Positions 13,590 to 29,772 of a stretch of 38,749 nt of DNA are shown here, piece after piece; within the stretch, counting starts at the first letter, position 1, and each line of letters starts with the position of its first letter. The position numbers and the translations under genes are program-made. The DNA comes from Tubiluchus corallicola (Eukaryota > Animalia > Priapulida), in the NCBI GenBank assembly GCA_030141605.1, contig JAQGDQ010001480.1, positions 1 through 38,749 on the forward strand, given 5' to 3'. The notes under the pieces were generated by a model. That model was not told where the DNA came from, searched no databases, and saw nothing but the letters and a program-made list of their open reading frames with translations.

Positions 13590-14097
13590 AATCATGATTA
13601 ACTTCTCACATTTTTAAATCATGACTAACTTCTCACATTTTTAAATCATGACTAACTTCTCACATTTTTAAATCATGACTAACTTCTCACATTTTTAAAT
13701 CATGACTAACTTCTCACATTTTTAAATCATGACTAACTTCTAACATTTTTAAATCACGACTAACTTCTCACATTTTTAAATCACGACTAACTTCTCACAT
13801 TTTTAAATCATGACTAACTTCTCACATTTTTAAATCATGACTAACTTCTCACATTTTTAAATCATGACTAACTTCTCACATTTTTAAATCACGACTAACT
13901 TCTCACATTTTTAAATCATGACTAACTTCTCACATTTTTAAATCATGACTAACTTCTCACATTTTTAAATCATGACTAACTTCTCACATTTTTAAATCAT
14001 GACTAACTTCTCACATTTTTAAATCATGACTAACTTCTCACATTTTTAAATCATGACTAACTTCTCACATTTTTAAATCATGACTAACTTCTCACAT
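13590..14097. repeat. 27-bp minisatellite (AAATCATGACTAACTTCTCACATTTTT), ~19 near-identical copies
   Basis: Visible 27-bp period. Confidence 0.96.
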
Positions 14098-14252
14098 CTC
14101 CTAGAAACGCTCCCATTAACTGTGAAGGGCAACTCGCTTTGAATAGAGTGGCTTCCTTGGAGTTAGTGGCTTCATAAAACTAAGGAATGCTGAAGATATT
14201 GTAACGGCTTGCTCCTGTGTAAGTTGACCCTGAGATGAAAGGTCAGTTTAAG

Positions 14253-14463
14253 GTCGAAGATCCTAATAATAAAATCCACATTCTACTGTCAAATGCTCAT
14301 ATATACAGCACTCGCCGCCAACATTTGAACTACCCCTTACCTAGATTCAGAACAAAAAGATTCAAGAATAGTTTCATCTCATAAGGTTTATTTAATTTAC
14401 AAACTAAAGTTTTGACTCATTTTAACAAACCCTTTCTTCTATATAAGCTTATTATGTTTCCAT

Positions 14464-14500
<37 letters not shown>

Positions 14501-14614
14501 TTAATGATTATTCTTTATAGTAAAAATCTTGTTTATTCTTTATTAAAATTTTCATATTTTATAATTTTATTCTGTACTGTAATTCGACCTTTTGCTTGTA
14601 ATGATGATAAATTA

Positions 14615-14690
<76 letters not shown>
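14253..14690 (+). mobile_element. 3' remnant of a non-LTR retrotransposon (CR1/L2-group-like) with an (ATT)n tail
   Basis: Translates as VEDPNNKIHILLSNAHIYSTRRQHLNYPLPRFRTKRFKNSFIS*GLFNLQ, resembling the LINE ORF2 C-terminal 'LP..RT.RFKNSF' motif. A T-rich UTR and an (ATT)n run from ~14614 follow. Confidence 0.65.
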
Positions 14691-14691
<1 letters not shown>

Positions 14692-15831
14692 CGTTATCAT
14701 CATCACCACCACCATAATCATCATCATCATCATCATCACCACCACCATCATCATCATCATGATCACTATTATATACCATTTTGCTGCCACTCTAACTTCA
14801 CTTTTGCTGCCACTCTAAGTTCTCTTTTGCTGCCACTCTAACTGTGTAGCGCACGAAACATTTCATTACCTGATTGAACTCATCGTCCCATTATAAACCT
14901 GCGTTTATTAAAAGCACGTCGTGAGTAAAGGGACAAACTCTGGAACATCCGCCCCCTGAGCTGTTTAGACAGCTGGTTACATGGCTTCATCCGAGTTGGT
15001 ACAGCACCATCAACTTTGCCATAACTTCCACAGCAGTTTATTAATAATATACAGAATTCAGTGTAGCAGCTTGAAGATTTGAGCAGTAGAATGATGCTCG
15101 TGAGTAGAAATACGAAAACACTTTTGACTAGAGCATGGAATAAGTCACCACTTATGCAATAAACGTGTCCGAATTTAAAATGAAAGCCATATAAACTTTA
15201 GTTTCATAAGTTTTCTTTCAAAATTTTCGTACGCGCGTGTAAGTGAAATGCAAAAGTATGTAAAAACGATACAGTTGTAGCTAGGATAATATATCTACTT
15301 GGATTTAACTACAAATAATATTGAATACGTCATCATTGTTGCATTCTGCCCGGCGTTCGCGCGATTTAAAACTTTCATACCCCTTGTATCCCGTGGGATA
15401 TGAGAATATTTTCTGCCTTTAAAATTAATAAAATTTTAAAACTGACAGTTATTTGATCTGTTAATAGTTATTTTGATTTAAGCCAATAACAATAGACTAA
15501 AAATGGTGATAAAATGGCAAACTAGAAAATCTACATAGCATAAAAACTGCGCAAGGTACAGTACTTTAGAGACGACTTTGTGCAGATCTGCATAGCGTGC
15601 ATACTAAATGTCTTAAATACTTTAAACAATTATCAGCAGTTGCAAAATGAAGCACATTTCTTGCGTCCATTGAATCCCAATGTATCCCGTGTGATACAGG
15701 CTATATTTAGCATGCGGGCACAGGTAGAAAAAAACAATTGTTATGTGTAAACAAGATGGACATGCTGAACAAAAGTACCAAGCCAAAAATTTTTTTCTTA
15801 TTAAAAAAATAATTTGGGACAGAAAGGGTTA

Positions 15832-16287
<456 letters not shown>

Positions 16288-16898
16288 TCAAGGGTGTCCA
16301 GTCATGACGGAGGCACCTCTCTCTCCAGACAGCTGCTGTAACACTATGCCTCCTTCTCCAACTGCCTCCTGACTCACAGCAGATTCATTTCTCTCTGCTC
16401 GCGGTGCTAAAAACAAAAATACTCTCGCCAGTATGGAAGAGAGGAACACGCAAGTTTAAAGCTCTACACTGTATGAGCATAAATGTTTGATTTGAGCTCA
16501 CGATCAATGCGCAAGCTCGCTACTATCTACGTATAAATTGAGTTAATTTCTGTAAATATAATGGCTTCTATAGGTAGCAATCTTAGGTAGAGATAAGCTT
16601 GTCTTTTCTATCATGGTGGCTTCATGTGTGGGAAATCAGTGCTAAAAAAGATGCCTAAAGTAACCTTACTGAGCAAGTATGCAAATAACATGCCGTCTTT
16701 TGTCTTTTCGTTCATTGGTTGCCTCCAAAGCAATAAACTTACAGAAGGACAGACGGACAGACAGACGGAAGTTACACCAACCGACTGACTAACTGATTGG
16801 CTGACTAAATGAGCGGAAAGAACAAATTGGCAAAAAGCCAAACTGGTTATACTAAAAATTATTCTTAAAGTCTGCTGCAGTATTAGTCATACTTCAAA

Positions 16899-18163
16899 AT
16901 TATTCATGCTACAATATTATTCATGCTACAATATTATTCATGCTTCAATCTTATTCATGCTACAATGTTATTCATGCAACAATCTTTTTCACACTACAAT
17001 GTTATTCATGCTACAATGTTGTTCATGCAACAATATTATTCTTGATACAATATTATTCATGATACAATAGTATTCTTGATACAATATTATTCATGACACA
17101 ATAGCATTCTTGATACAATATTATTCATGATACAATAGTATTCTTGGTACAATATTATGCATGATACAATAGCATTCTTGATACAATATTATGCATGATA
17201 CAATAGCATTCTTGATAGAATATTATTCATGCAACAATAGTGTTCTTGATAGAATATTATTCATGATACAATAGTATTCTTGATACAATATTATTCATGA
17301 TACAATAGTATTCTTGATACAATATTATTCATGATACAATAACATTCTTGATACAATATTATTCATGATACAATAGTATTCTTGATACAATATTATTCAT
17401 GATACAATAGTATTCTTGATACAATATTATTCATGATACAATAGTATTCTTGATACAATATTATTCATGATACAATAGAATTCTTGATACAATATTATTC
17501 ATGTTACAATAGAATTCTTGATACAATATTATTCACGATACAATAGCATTCTTGATACAATATTATTCACGATACAATAGAATTCTTGATACAACATTAT
17601 TCATGATACAATAGCATTCTTGATACAATATTATTCATGATACACTAGCATTCTTGATACAATATTATTCATGATACAATAGCATTCTTGATGTAACATT
17701 ATTCATGATACAATAGCATTCTTGATACAATATTATTCATGATACAATAGTATTCTGGATACAATATTATTCATGATACAATAGAATTCTTGATACAATA
17801 TTATTCATGATACAATAGCATTCTTGATACAATATTATTCATGATACAATAGAATTCTTGATACAACATTATTCATGATACACTAGCATTCTTGATACAA
17901 TATTATTCATGATACAATAGCATTCTTGATACAATATTATTCAAGCTACAATAGCATTCTTGATACAATATTATTCATGCTACAATAGCATTCTTGATAC
18001 AATGTTATTCATGCCACAATAGTATTCTTAATACAGTATTATTCATGATACAATAACATTCTTGATACAATATTATTCATGATACAATTGCATTCTTGAC
18101 ACAATATTATTTATGCTACAATAGCATTCTTGACACAATATTATATATGATACAATAGTATTC
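16899..18163. repeat. 17-bp minisatellite with a 34-bp dimer structure (TACAATATTATTCATGA / TACAATAGCATTCTTGA)
   Basis: Two 17-mers alternate over ~1.26 kb. Confidence 0.95.
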
Positions 18164-18195
18164 AAAATAAAAATACCGTAAACCGATCTGTATCG

Positions 18196-18772
18196 TCTGT
18201 AGCTCAACATTTATTTGCCAATAGAGTTGCTAAGTACTGGAATTCTTCACTGGTAAATTCCGACTCCAGTAAATCATTCAGTCAAAGATTAATGAAAATT
18301 CACTTTTCAAAACATTTGTATTTCTGCAGACACGTAAGTAGTAATTTCACTCTTTGTATCTCTGCCGTGACCATTTTAACCTGTCTTCTTTATTACTGTA
18401 CATATTTGATTGCTTTATGAATTTAAATTTCATTGTATGTATGCATACTTTAATAAATAAATGAATGAATGAATGAATGAATGAATGATTGAATGAATGA
18501 ATGAATGAATGAATGAATGAATGAATGAATGAATGAATGAATGAATGAATGAATGAATGAATGAATGAATGAATGAATGAATGAATGGATGGATGGATGA
18601 ATGAATGAATGAACGAGTGAACTGAATGAATGAATGGATAAACTGAATGGAATGAGTGGATCGAGTGAATGAATGAATGAATGAATGAACTGAATGGAAT
18701 GAATGGATCGATGAATGAATGAATGAATGAATGAATGAATGAATGAATGAATGAATGAATGAATGAATGAAT
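18196..18772 (+). mobile_element. 3' remnant of a CR1-like LINE ending in AATAAA plus a (TGAA)n tail (18460-18772)
   Basis: Translates as SVAQHLFANRVAKYWNSSLVNSDSSKSFSQRLMKIHFSKHL, matching the CR1-type 'FF.NRV...WN.L' ORF2 end. A short UTR and a tetranucleotide tail follow. Confidence 0.65.
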
Positions 18773-19424
18773 TAACAGCTTCAAGTAAGCAAAGACTTCA
18801 AAGAAAGAAATCAAAGAGGACTAACAAACAGACAAACAACCACACAAAACCAAATACACAGTAATTGCACTAAACTTGGCTTCTTTTTTAGCTGTGCCTA
18901 GTTTCTGCAGTCGCACTGAAGCCCATGATTTGTTTTTATAAGTATAATCAATCATTGTTTTTATATGGCCCATTTTCAGCACACATAGCCCATTAGTGGG
19001 GGCGTATCCATGCACGTGTAAGCAGAAGCGAGAAATGCACAGTAGAGAAATGTCGCCTCATAAGCGTCTCTATTTCTTCTTCTGCTAAATTATATTTTAC
19101 CTTTTAGTATAATATACTTTGTAAAACTCATAAAAGCTGTTGCATTATAGAAAGTAGTACTATTGTGTTGTCTTTGGTACGGATGACAATTGAAGCCAGT
19201 TAATTTGCAAACTTACGTGTAAATATATAAATAGTTCAAAGAGGATATCTAATATTGAATTACTTATTAAAGGAAAACATGCCGATTTTTCATATGCTGC
19301 TGTATTTTGATGTACGGTAAAGAGTACATAATTTAGTTAGTGTTAAAGGAAGCCAAGATGATTATTGATTTACTACCCCGTTTCTACTCTGCTAATACAC
19401 AGTTAACACATTTTAACACAATTG

Positions 19425-19880
19425 ATACTGCAAAAGCGTTTCTGGTAATTAAATAGTAGATTAAAAGCTTAATTAACGAACCCAACTATTCATGACATCA
19501 CAAACTGATATACTTTTTAACAGCAAAAATGTTCTACGAGAGTGTTGCGCGAACGAACACATCTGAACTGAGACGTACAGCACCTGTTTTTTGTGCAATG
19601 CGTTTCCGAAATGCAGGCAGTACAGTAGCAAAGATGTTCCACGAGCGTGTTGCACGTGTTTGCGAAAGCGAAAATTGTACAGTGCTACTGTAAGATATTC
19701 AGTGTGTTGTGCTGTGTCACGCGTCGAACGCGTGTAGTTCGTCACGAACGAACACATCTGAACTGAGACGTACAGCACCTGTTTTTTGTGCGATGCGTTT
19801 CCGAAATGCAGGCAACCAGCAAATGGTTTTAATATTTTAAAGAGTAGATTGTTTTAACCTGCAGTTTAAGTTTGGGTCCA
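19425..19880. repeat. Interspersed repeat, copy 1 (related to 34530-35010), with an internal ~75-bp duplication
   Basis: Shared blocks include ATGACATCACAAACT, TTCCACGAGCGTGTTGCACGTGTTT, CAGCACCTGTTTTTTGTGCAATGCGTTT and TTTTAAAGAGTAGATTGTTTT. Confidence 0.75.
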
Positions 19881-20359
19881 GTTTTGTGCTAAAAAATCTT
19901 TCACGTAAGTCACTTTTAAAAACCAATTATATTCTATTTTTGCTATATAATCCATTTTAAATATCTTATATATTAACATATTTTGAGTTTAAAATGAGTC
20001 CTTTTGTTTCCCGCGTAAATATTAACACGTAGATCGTTAGACATTGAACACAAAATCTTTCCCACGTGACATGTTAATTACCCAAGATGATGTCTAATCA
20101 TTTTCATTACACCATAATTACTTCATAGCGTCTGTAAACACGTGCATTATTACGATGTTCTTTAATTGATGAATCTCTCGAGAGATGTCGCTAGTGCCGA
20201 ACAGAACGCAGAGCGTCATCGAGCAAAGACGAAGCCAGAGTCCATGTATTTTTCTGAATTTATTCAAATTCTTGCCGCTAGATGCCGCCAGTGATATACA
20301 GATTTATGGTGCCAATTCATCTATAGTTTTCATCGTACGTAGAACAAGGAATTTGAAGA

Positions 20360-20862
20360 TTAAAGGAAAGGTCAAGCTTTTTAGGAGGTTAGGCTTATTC
20401 CAATACTCGCGAAAAATACTAGAAGGATCTAGTAATAAACTGTCGTGTAATTAGTAAAATCACTTTAAAGTTACGATCACTTCATGTTTGGACACCCCAT
20501 TTTCAGCGCCCATTCTTCTTTCAATGACGTCATTCGTCTTGAAGAAAAGTAGCGCACTGTCAATCTTCATCAAAAGTATAATAAGTTCTTACAAAAAAAT
20601 GGATAACCAATTTTGTAATGTTTTTGCGTGAACATTAGGTAAGCTGCAGAAGTTTGAATTAGTTTAACCAGCGGGATTACGGAAAGTCACGATGCGCTTA
20701 CGGAAAGCCACGATGCGTTTACGAAAAGTCACGAAGTCTCCCAGTTACGTCACGATTTTCAAGTGAGTGGCAGCAACCACCACACCTGAAAATTTCTATT
20801 CAGAAGATCTTAAATTTCTGCTTTATAGGCTGTGCTTTGCAAATTTCTTTGTTATATTTTTC
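20360..20862. mobile_element. 3'-truncated copy of the TTAA/AGG MITE
   Basis: Starts TTAAAGGAAAGGTCAAGC and is colinear with 8691-9191. The right terminus is absent. Confidence 0.85.
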
Positions 20863-22769
20863 TTATTCTTAATAAGGGAAATTAGTTAAAATATTTACCT
20901 AAAGATCCAACAGTAAAACTACATTAAAATTACATTCTGATACACAAAAATTTTGGAGTATATAAAAACATCATTATTTAATAAACAATTACAAGAGTTT
21001 AAAACACGATATCTAAGATTATGTGAAAAATGCTCACTTTTTCAGAAGTTTGTGGCAGAGACATCGACCTGGTTTTTAATTTGTTGATTAGAATTAAACA
21101 AATACGTGGGAATATATATTGTCTAATTTGTTTTTATAGAAAAAAGTGCATAACGGTTAAGTTTACGAGTTGTTAATTAAAATGGTTTGCTGCTATTGAA
21201 ATATATCATTTAGATTAATTCTTGACTTTCAATAAAAACCGCATAACTATTTGATTAAATGAGTGGCCACCCAAAATATAATTTATTGCAACTTACATGA
21301 TTTGGCGTATTTACATTATTACTTTCTATCACAGCAGGACAACCAATCATTCACTTTATCTCATAGTTAATACAATAAACACAGAGTACCAATCCTAGAT
21401 ATATAAGCACATAACTAAAAAAACGATTGAAAAGAGGAAAAAAATAATCTAACGAATTACGCGGATCATTTGACGTTTGCTTGTAAGAACAGCAAGCGTC
21501 AAATGGTCACCTGTACAAGGGTGACGAAGGAATTTTTAACTTTAGAATGAAGCCCGTATAAATAATTCAAGGTTAACCTAGATGAACGACTCTAGGTAGA
21601 TTTGCAAAGGTTGTAGAAACCGGAATAAACTAGTTTGCAATACTGTAAATGAAAGGGAATCCGTGACAGATTACATGTACATTTACACAAAATAACTTTA
21701 AAGTGGTTAATATCGTTTTCTATACAGATTGTAGAAGCTCAATACCTAAATCTGTATTGATTTTTACCATATCTGTGTAGTAAGCTGACTTTACAACTAA
21801 TATTTTTAGCTTAAAAACGAAATGTGAAAGGTTAGAACAGAGCCTAGATTCGAACCACGGTCTTTCACTTATAAGATAAAAGCCATATCCACAAAACGCT
21901 AATCTATTCTTCCGCGGTGCTCTAAAAATCTTTCAATTCAATTCATTTCAATTTATTTATCTCTTTATAGTGTTGCAATGAAACATGATTAATAAAAGAA
22001 TCTCTAATAAGTTTTGAAAAATGGTTAAAATGTATAGATAGATCTAGAACTAGAGAAAGGACAGCGAAAAGACTATAAAGTCACCTAGTCTGCTATCCTT
22101 TACCGAATATAGATAAAAAGATTTTTTAGACACTGGTGGGTATTAATGTTATCAGTTTAATTTAGGAAACATTAGCAGTTTTTAAAATTATGACATTTTC
22201 TATATAATCCAGAGAAAAGAATATACATGTAGTTTAATTAGCGGGCAACAAAATAAGGTCAATCTTGATTAAACTAAAAATTGCATTTAGATTTTATGTG
22301 AAATACAGGTCAAAATTATTATGAAATGATAAAAACACTTTGGGTTAATAATTCTATTAATCCTTGTGATAAAGTACTTCATTATTTTTACTGCAGATAC
22401 ACAATTTTAGAATACAAATGTTGTCTAGCAAAAGTGTTTTGATTGGATATTTCAAGTCCCGATTTGAGGGGCGCGTAGCATTTCTGTTGTTCAAAAACTC
22501 TCGCTTATGCAGCAACATTTCAACGACCCACTGCTAGTCCTTATCCATTATTTACGGGTAGGAACGGCGCGATTATTTCACTGCAGCTACACTCCACTTG
22601 CAAAGTACAGTTGCTTTTACAGTTCCCACCACATCAACCCACCCCCGCGGGACAGTGTCTAGAGTTCAAATGCACTAGCATGCTGTATCTACTGACAGGA
22701 AAACTGCTACCTGTCAAAGCAGGAATGAAGCACCAAAGTGATTCATAATAGCTATTACTTTGACGGGAG

Positions 22770-22776
22770 TATAAAA
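22770..22776 (+). promoter_or_regulatory. Putative TATA box of the alpha-tubulin locus
   Basis: TATAAAA lies ~158 bp upstream of the ATG and is followed by pyrimidine-rich leader-like sequence. Confidence 0.55.
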
Positions 22777-22927
22777 ATTAATCCCGAAAAATACAGCTCG
22801 CACTTTGCACTTTGCTCGCACTTTGCACTAAGTTTTAGGCGTAGCTCTAGAGAAATTCGTGGCTAAGTAGATTATAGTTACTGTGTCTGAATTTTCAACA
22901 TTCGTTTGACGATTCAAGCTTGGAAGT

Positions 22928-25165
<2,238 letters not shown>

Positions 25166-25517
25166 GCTATTAGTCAGTTAAAACTCATGGCTTAATACTC
25201 ATCATCATCATCACCATCATCATCATCATTTGAACTGTTAGCCCACATGTTTCTACTGCACTGTTGGTACGTCGGAGAAATCTCAAACGGCTCCAACTTC
25301 TTCGTAATCCTTTTCAAGGGCAGCTGGGTGCTTTAGAGAAGGACTATGAAGAAGTTGGAGCCGATGCTTCATCATCCAAACTGTTAACCCACATGTTTCT
25401 GCTGCACTGTCTAATCACTGGTAGCCAAAAATTGACGAATCATTTTGTGTTCATTGATTTAAAGATTGCACTGTATTAACCCACATAATTATTATTCTGT
25501 TTGGCGAGTTTAAAATC

Positions 25518-25523
25518 AATAAA
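25518..25523 (+). promoter_or_regulatory. Putative polyadenylation signal for the tubulin locus
   Basis: First AATAAA I see downstream of the ancestral stop codon. Confidence 0.4.
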
Positions 25524-25739
25524 AAGTAACGACAGTTTTGCAGAAAAAAAGTTGTTTAGAATTTGTCACAACATTAAGAATGCTGCCTATCATTAATTTT
25601 GGTAACGGTCACTCGTGCACCGTAGAAGAAGAATAAAAAGTTACAAAATGAAGCAAACTTTTTTGGCAAAATGTCAAGTGTGAGTCAAGAAAGAAAAAAC
25701 ATCAAATTTCTTGAGTACCTACTAAGACTTTACCAAGCA

Positions 25740-25903
25740 TCAGTGGTGAGTTGTGTACAGGTACTGTGGAACAGCAGCACCCCCTATCAGTGGTGAGTTG
25801 TGTACAGGTACTGTGGAATAGCAGCACCCCCTATCAGTGGTGAGTTGTGTACAGGTACTGTGGAACAGCAGCACCCCCTATCAGTGGTGAGTTGTGTACA
25901 GGT
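25740..25903. repeat. 47-bp tandem repeat, ~3.5 copies
   Basis: CAGTGGTGAGTTGTGTACAGG... starts at 25741, 25788, 25835 and 25882. Confidence 0.95.
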
Positions 25904-27092
25904 TCTTATACCAGCACAGCAATCTTATATGATCCTATAATCCCAGGTAAATCTTCAAGGTAGAACTTCAGTCTAGCCGCAAGAAATGTCCAGAACCATG
26001 TTATACAATAAATGTTGTAGCTGACGGAATGTCCAAAAAACAAAACTTCTAATTCCGCATTGGCTTGCTAACGGTTATTTATTCCGGGAAAAAAAATAAA
26101 TCAAAATAGGCGTGAATATCCTTATTATATTTAGGTGTGAAAATCATTACACATCATTAAATCATTACAAAATGAATTACAAAACATTACAGATTACAAA
26201 AAACTGTAAATGTAGTGTTGCAAAGTAGAAATGTTGCATCAAATAGAAATTAAACTTTGAACTTACGTATATTGGCCAGCTCTGGCATTTAAATCTTAAA
26301 AGCATCAACAAACTGCAAGTCACAAGTCACATTTATTTTCACAAGATCAAATCAGGCTATATTAAGCAGAATCTAGACAGAGTGACACTCTTACTGTCAT
26401 ATTGCTTTCTGTATAAAGAAAGATAAATCACCTGAGTATATAAGTATGCAGTCCAAATTTATAGCAAGTAATTTATTCAAGGCCTAAAAGGTGGCAGCAC
26501 ATTACAGTATCATTATCCCCAGCAATGCTATTATTCAACGACAGGAGTTAAATACATTTTGATTTGAGTTCAACTTCATTATACGTCTTTGACAAAGGCC
26601 GGGCGATTTTAGTTTAACGAGGAAACGACAAAAGACAATTGTGTGGCAACAGAAACGAATTAACGAGTTATTATAACCCAAACATGTTCTGAGCAAGAAA
26701 ATAATAAAGAAATTAATGTGACGGGTTTGAACCAACATCCTTACGATTATGTGTCGTGACGGCTGTACGTCACACACATAAAACAGATCGAAGTTAAAAG
26801 AAATTTACGTTCTCGGGAAGCCAAAGTGTCTGCCTGTCTACTTTAATGTTTTCGACCAAGTGGCTTCATTTCCGAGTCTCGTTGTGGCTTGAAGCCAGGT
26901 TTTATTGATTTCATCTCCCTGTCGGTTCTCACAATTATTCTGCTTTTCTCATGGTGCGTGCCACGTCCAAATGCAGCATCAGATTAGTAAGAGCTGAGTG
27001 CAAATGCAGTTTGTGCTCAACTGCTTGTGTATGACGTATTTAGAGTGAAATTTGCAGCAGAAATGTTTTATGGAGAAGAAAATAGACAAGGG

Positions 27093-29772
27093 ACAATGAA
27101 ATGTGCAATTGCAGTTACGTGTACAATGTAAAACCTGAGAGAAAAGGTGTTGAAATACAGGTATACTCATAAGGTAAAACGTAATAGCTTTTTTAACAAT
27201 GAAATGTGCAATTGCAGTTACGTGTACAATGTAAAACCTGAGAGAAAAGGTGTTGAAATACAGGTATACTCATAAGGTAAAACGTAATAGCTTTTTTAGC
27301 AATGAAATGTGCAATTGCAGTTACGTGTACAATGTAAAACCTGAGAGAAAAGGTGTTGAAATCCAGGTATACTCATAAGGTAAAACGTAATAGCTTTTTT
27401 AACAATGAAATGTGCAATTGCAGTTACGTGTACAATGTAAAACCTGAGAGAAAAGGTGTTGAAATCCAGGTATACTCATAAGGTAAAACGTAATAGCTTT
27501 TTTAGCAATGAAATGTGCAATTGCAGTTACGTGTACAATGTAAAACCTGAGAGAAAAGGTGTTGAAATACAGGTACATTCATAAGGTAAAACGTAATAGC
27601 TTTTTTAACAATGAAATGTGCAATTGCAGTTACGTGTACAATGTAAAACCTGAGAGAAAAGGTGTTGAAATCCAGGTATACTCGTAAGGTAAAACGTAAT
27701 AGCTTTTTTAGCAATGAAATGTGCAATTGCAGTTACGTGTACAATGTAAAACCTGAGAGAAAAGGTGTTGAAATCCAGGTATACTCATAAGGTAAAACGT
27801 AATTGGTTTTTTAACAATGAAATGTGCAATTGCAGTTACGTGTACAAGGTAAAACCTGAGAGAAAAGGTGTTGAAATACAGGTATACTCATAAGGTAAAA
27901 CGTAATAGCTTTTTTAGCAATGAAATGTGCAATTGCAGTTACGTGTACAATGTAAAACCTGAGAGAAAAGGTGTTGAAATCCAGGTATACTCATAAGGTA
28001 AAACGTAATAGCTTTTTTAGCAATGAAATGTGCAATTGCAGTTACGTGTACAATGTAAAACCTGAGAGAAAAGGTGTTGAAATACAGGTACATTCATAAG
28101 GTAAAACGTAATTGGTTTTTTAACAATGAAATGTGCAATTGCAGTTACGTGTACAATGTAAAACCTGAGAGAAAAGGTGTTGAAATCCAGGTATACTCAT
28201 AAGGTAAAACGTAATAGCTTTTTTAACAATGAAATGTGCAATTGCAGTTACGTGTACAATGTAAAACCTGAGAGAAAAGGTGTTGAAATACAGGTACATT
28301 CATAAGGTAAAACGTAATTGGTTTTTTAACAATGAAATGTGCAATTGCAGTTACGTGTACAATGTAAAATCTGAGAGAAAAGGTGTTGAAATACAGGTAC
28401 ATTCATAAGGTAAAACGTAATTGGTTTTTTAACAATGAAATGTGCAATTGCAGTTACGTGTACAATGTAAAACCTGAGAGAAAAGATGTTGAAATACAGG
28501 TACATTCATAAGGTAAAACGTAATTGGTTTTTTAACAATGAAATGTGCAATTGCAGTTACGTGTACAATGTAAACTCTGAGAGAAAAGGTGTTGAAATAC
28601 AGGTACATTCATAAGGTAAAACGTAATTGGTTTTTTAACAATGAAATGTGCAATTGCAGTTACGTGTACAATGTAAAACCTGAGAGAAAAGGTGTTGAAA
28701 TACAGGTACATTCATAAGGTAAAACGTAATTGGTTTTTTAACAATGAAATGTGCAATTGCAGTTACGTGTACAATGTAAAATCTGAGAGAAAAGGTGTTG
28801 AAATACAGGTACATTCATAAGGTAAAACGTAATTGGTTTTTTAACAATGAAATGTGCAATTGCAGTTACGTGTACAATGTAAAATCTGAGAGAAAAGGTG
28901 TTGAAATACAGGTACATTCATAAGGTAAAACGTAATTGGTTTTTTAACAATGAAATGTGCAATTGCAGTTACGTGTACAATGTAAAACCTGAGAGAAAAG
29001 GTGTTGAAATCCAGGTATACTCATAAGGTAAAACGTAATAGCTTTTTTAACAATGAAATGTGCAATTGCAGTTACGTGTACAATGTAAAACCTGAGAGAA
29101 AAGGTGTTGAAATCCAGGTATACTCATAAGGTAAAACGTAATAGCTTTTTTAACAATGAAATGTGCAATTGCAGTTACGTGTACAATGTAAAACCTGAGA
29201 GAAAAGGTGTTGAAATCCAGGTATACTCATAAGGTAAAACGTAATAGGTTTTTTAACAATGAAATGTGCAATTGCAGTTATGTGTACAATGTAAAACCTG
29301 AGAGAAAAGGTGTTGAAATCCAGGTATACTCATAAGGTAAAACGTAATAGGTTTTTTAACAATGAAATGTGCAATTGCAGTTACGTGTACAATGTAAAAC
29401 CTGAGAGAAAAGGTGTTGAAATCCAGGTATACTCATCAGGTAAAACGTAATAGCTTTTTTAACAGTGAAACGTGCAATTGCAGTTACGTGTACAAGGTAA
29501 AACCTGAGAGAAAAGGTGTTGAAATCCAGGTATACTCATAAGGTAAAACGTAATAGCTTTTTTAACAATGAAATGTGCAATTGCAGTTACGTGTACAATG
29601 TAAAACCTGAGAAAAAAGGTGTTGAAATCCAGGTATACTCATAAGGTAAAACGTAATAGCTTTTTTAACAATGAAATGTGCAATTGCAGTTACGTGTACA
29701 ATGTAAAACCTGAGAAAAAAGGTGTTGAAATCCAGGTATACTCATAAGGTAAAACGTAATAGCTTTTTTAAC
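27093..29772. repeat. 103-bp satellite, ~26 copies
   Basis: ACAATGAAATGTGCAATTGCAGTTACGTGTACAATG... recurs at 27093, 27196, 27299 and onward. Confidence 0.97.

Noticed and set aside
18347-18814. 155-aa IHSF-repeat ORF
   Set aside because: It is a translation of the (TGAA)n microsatellite.
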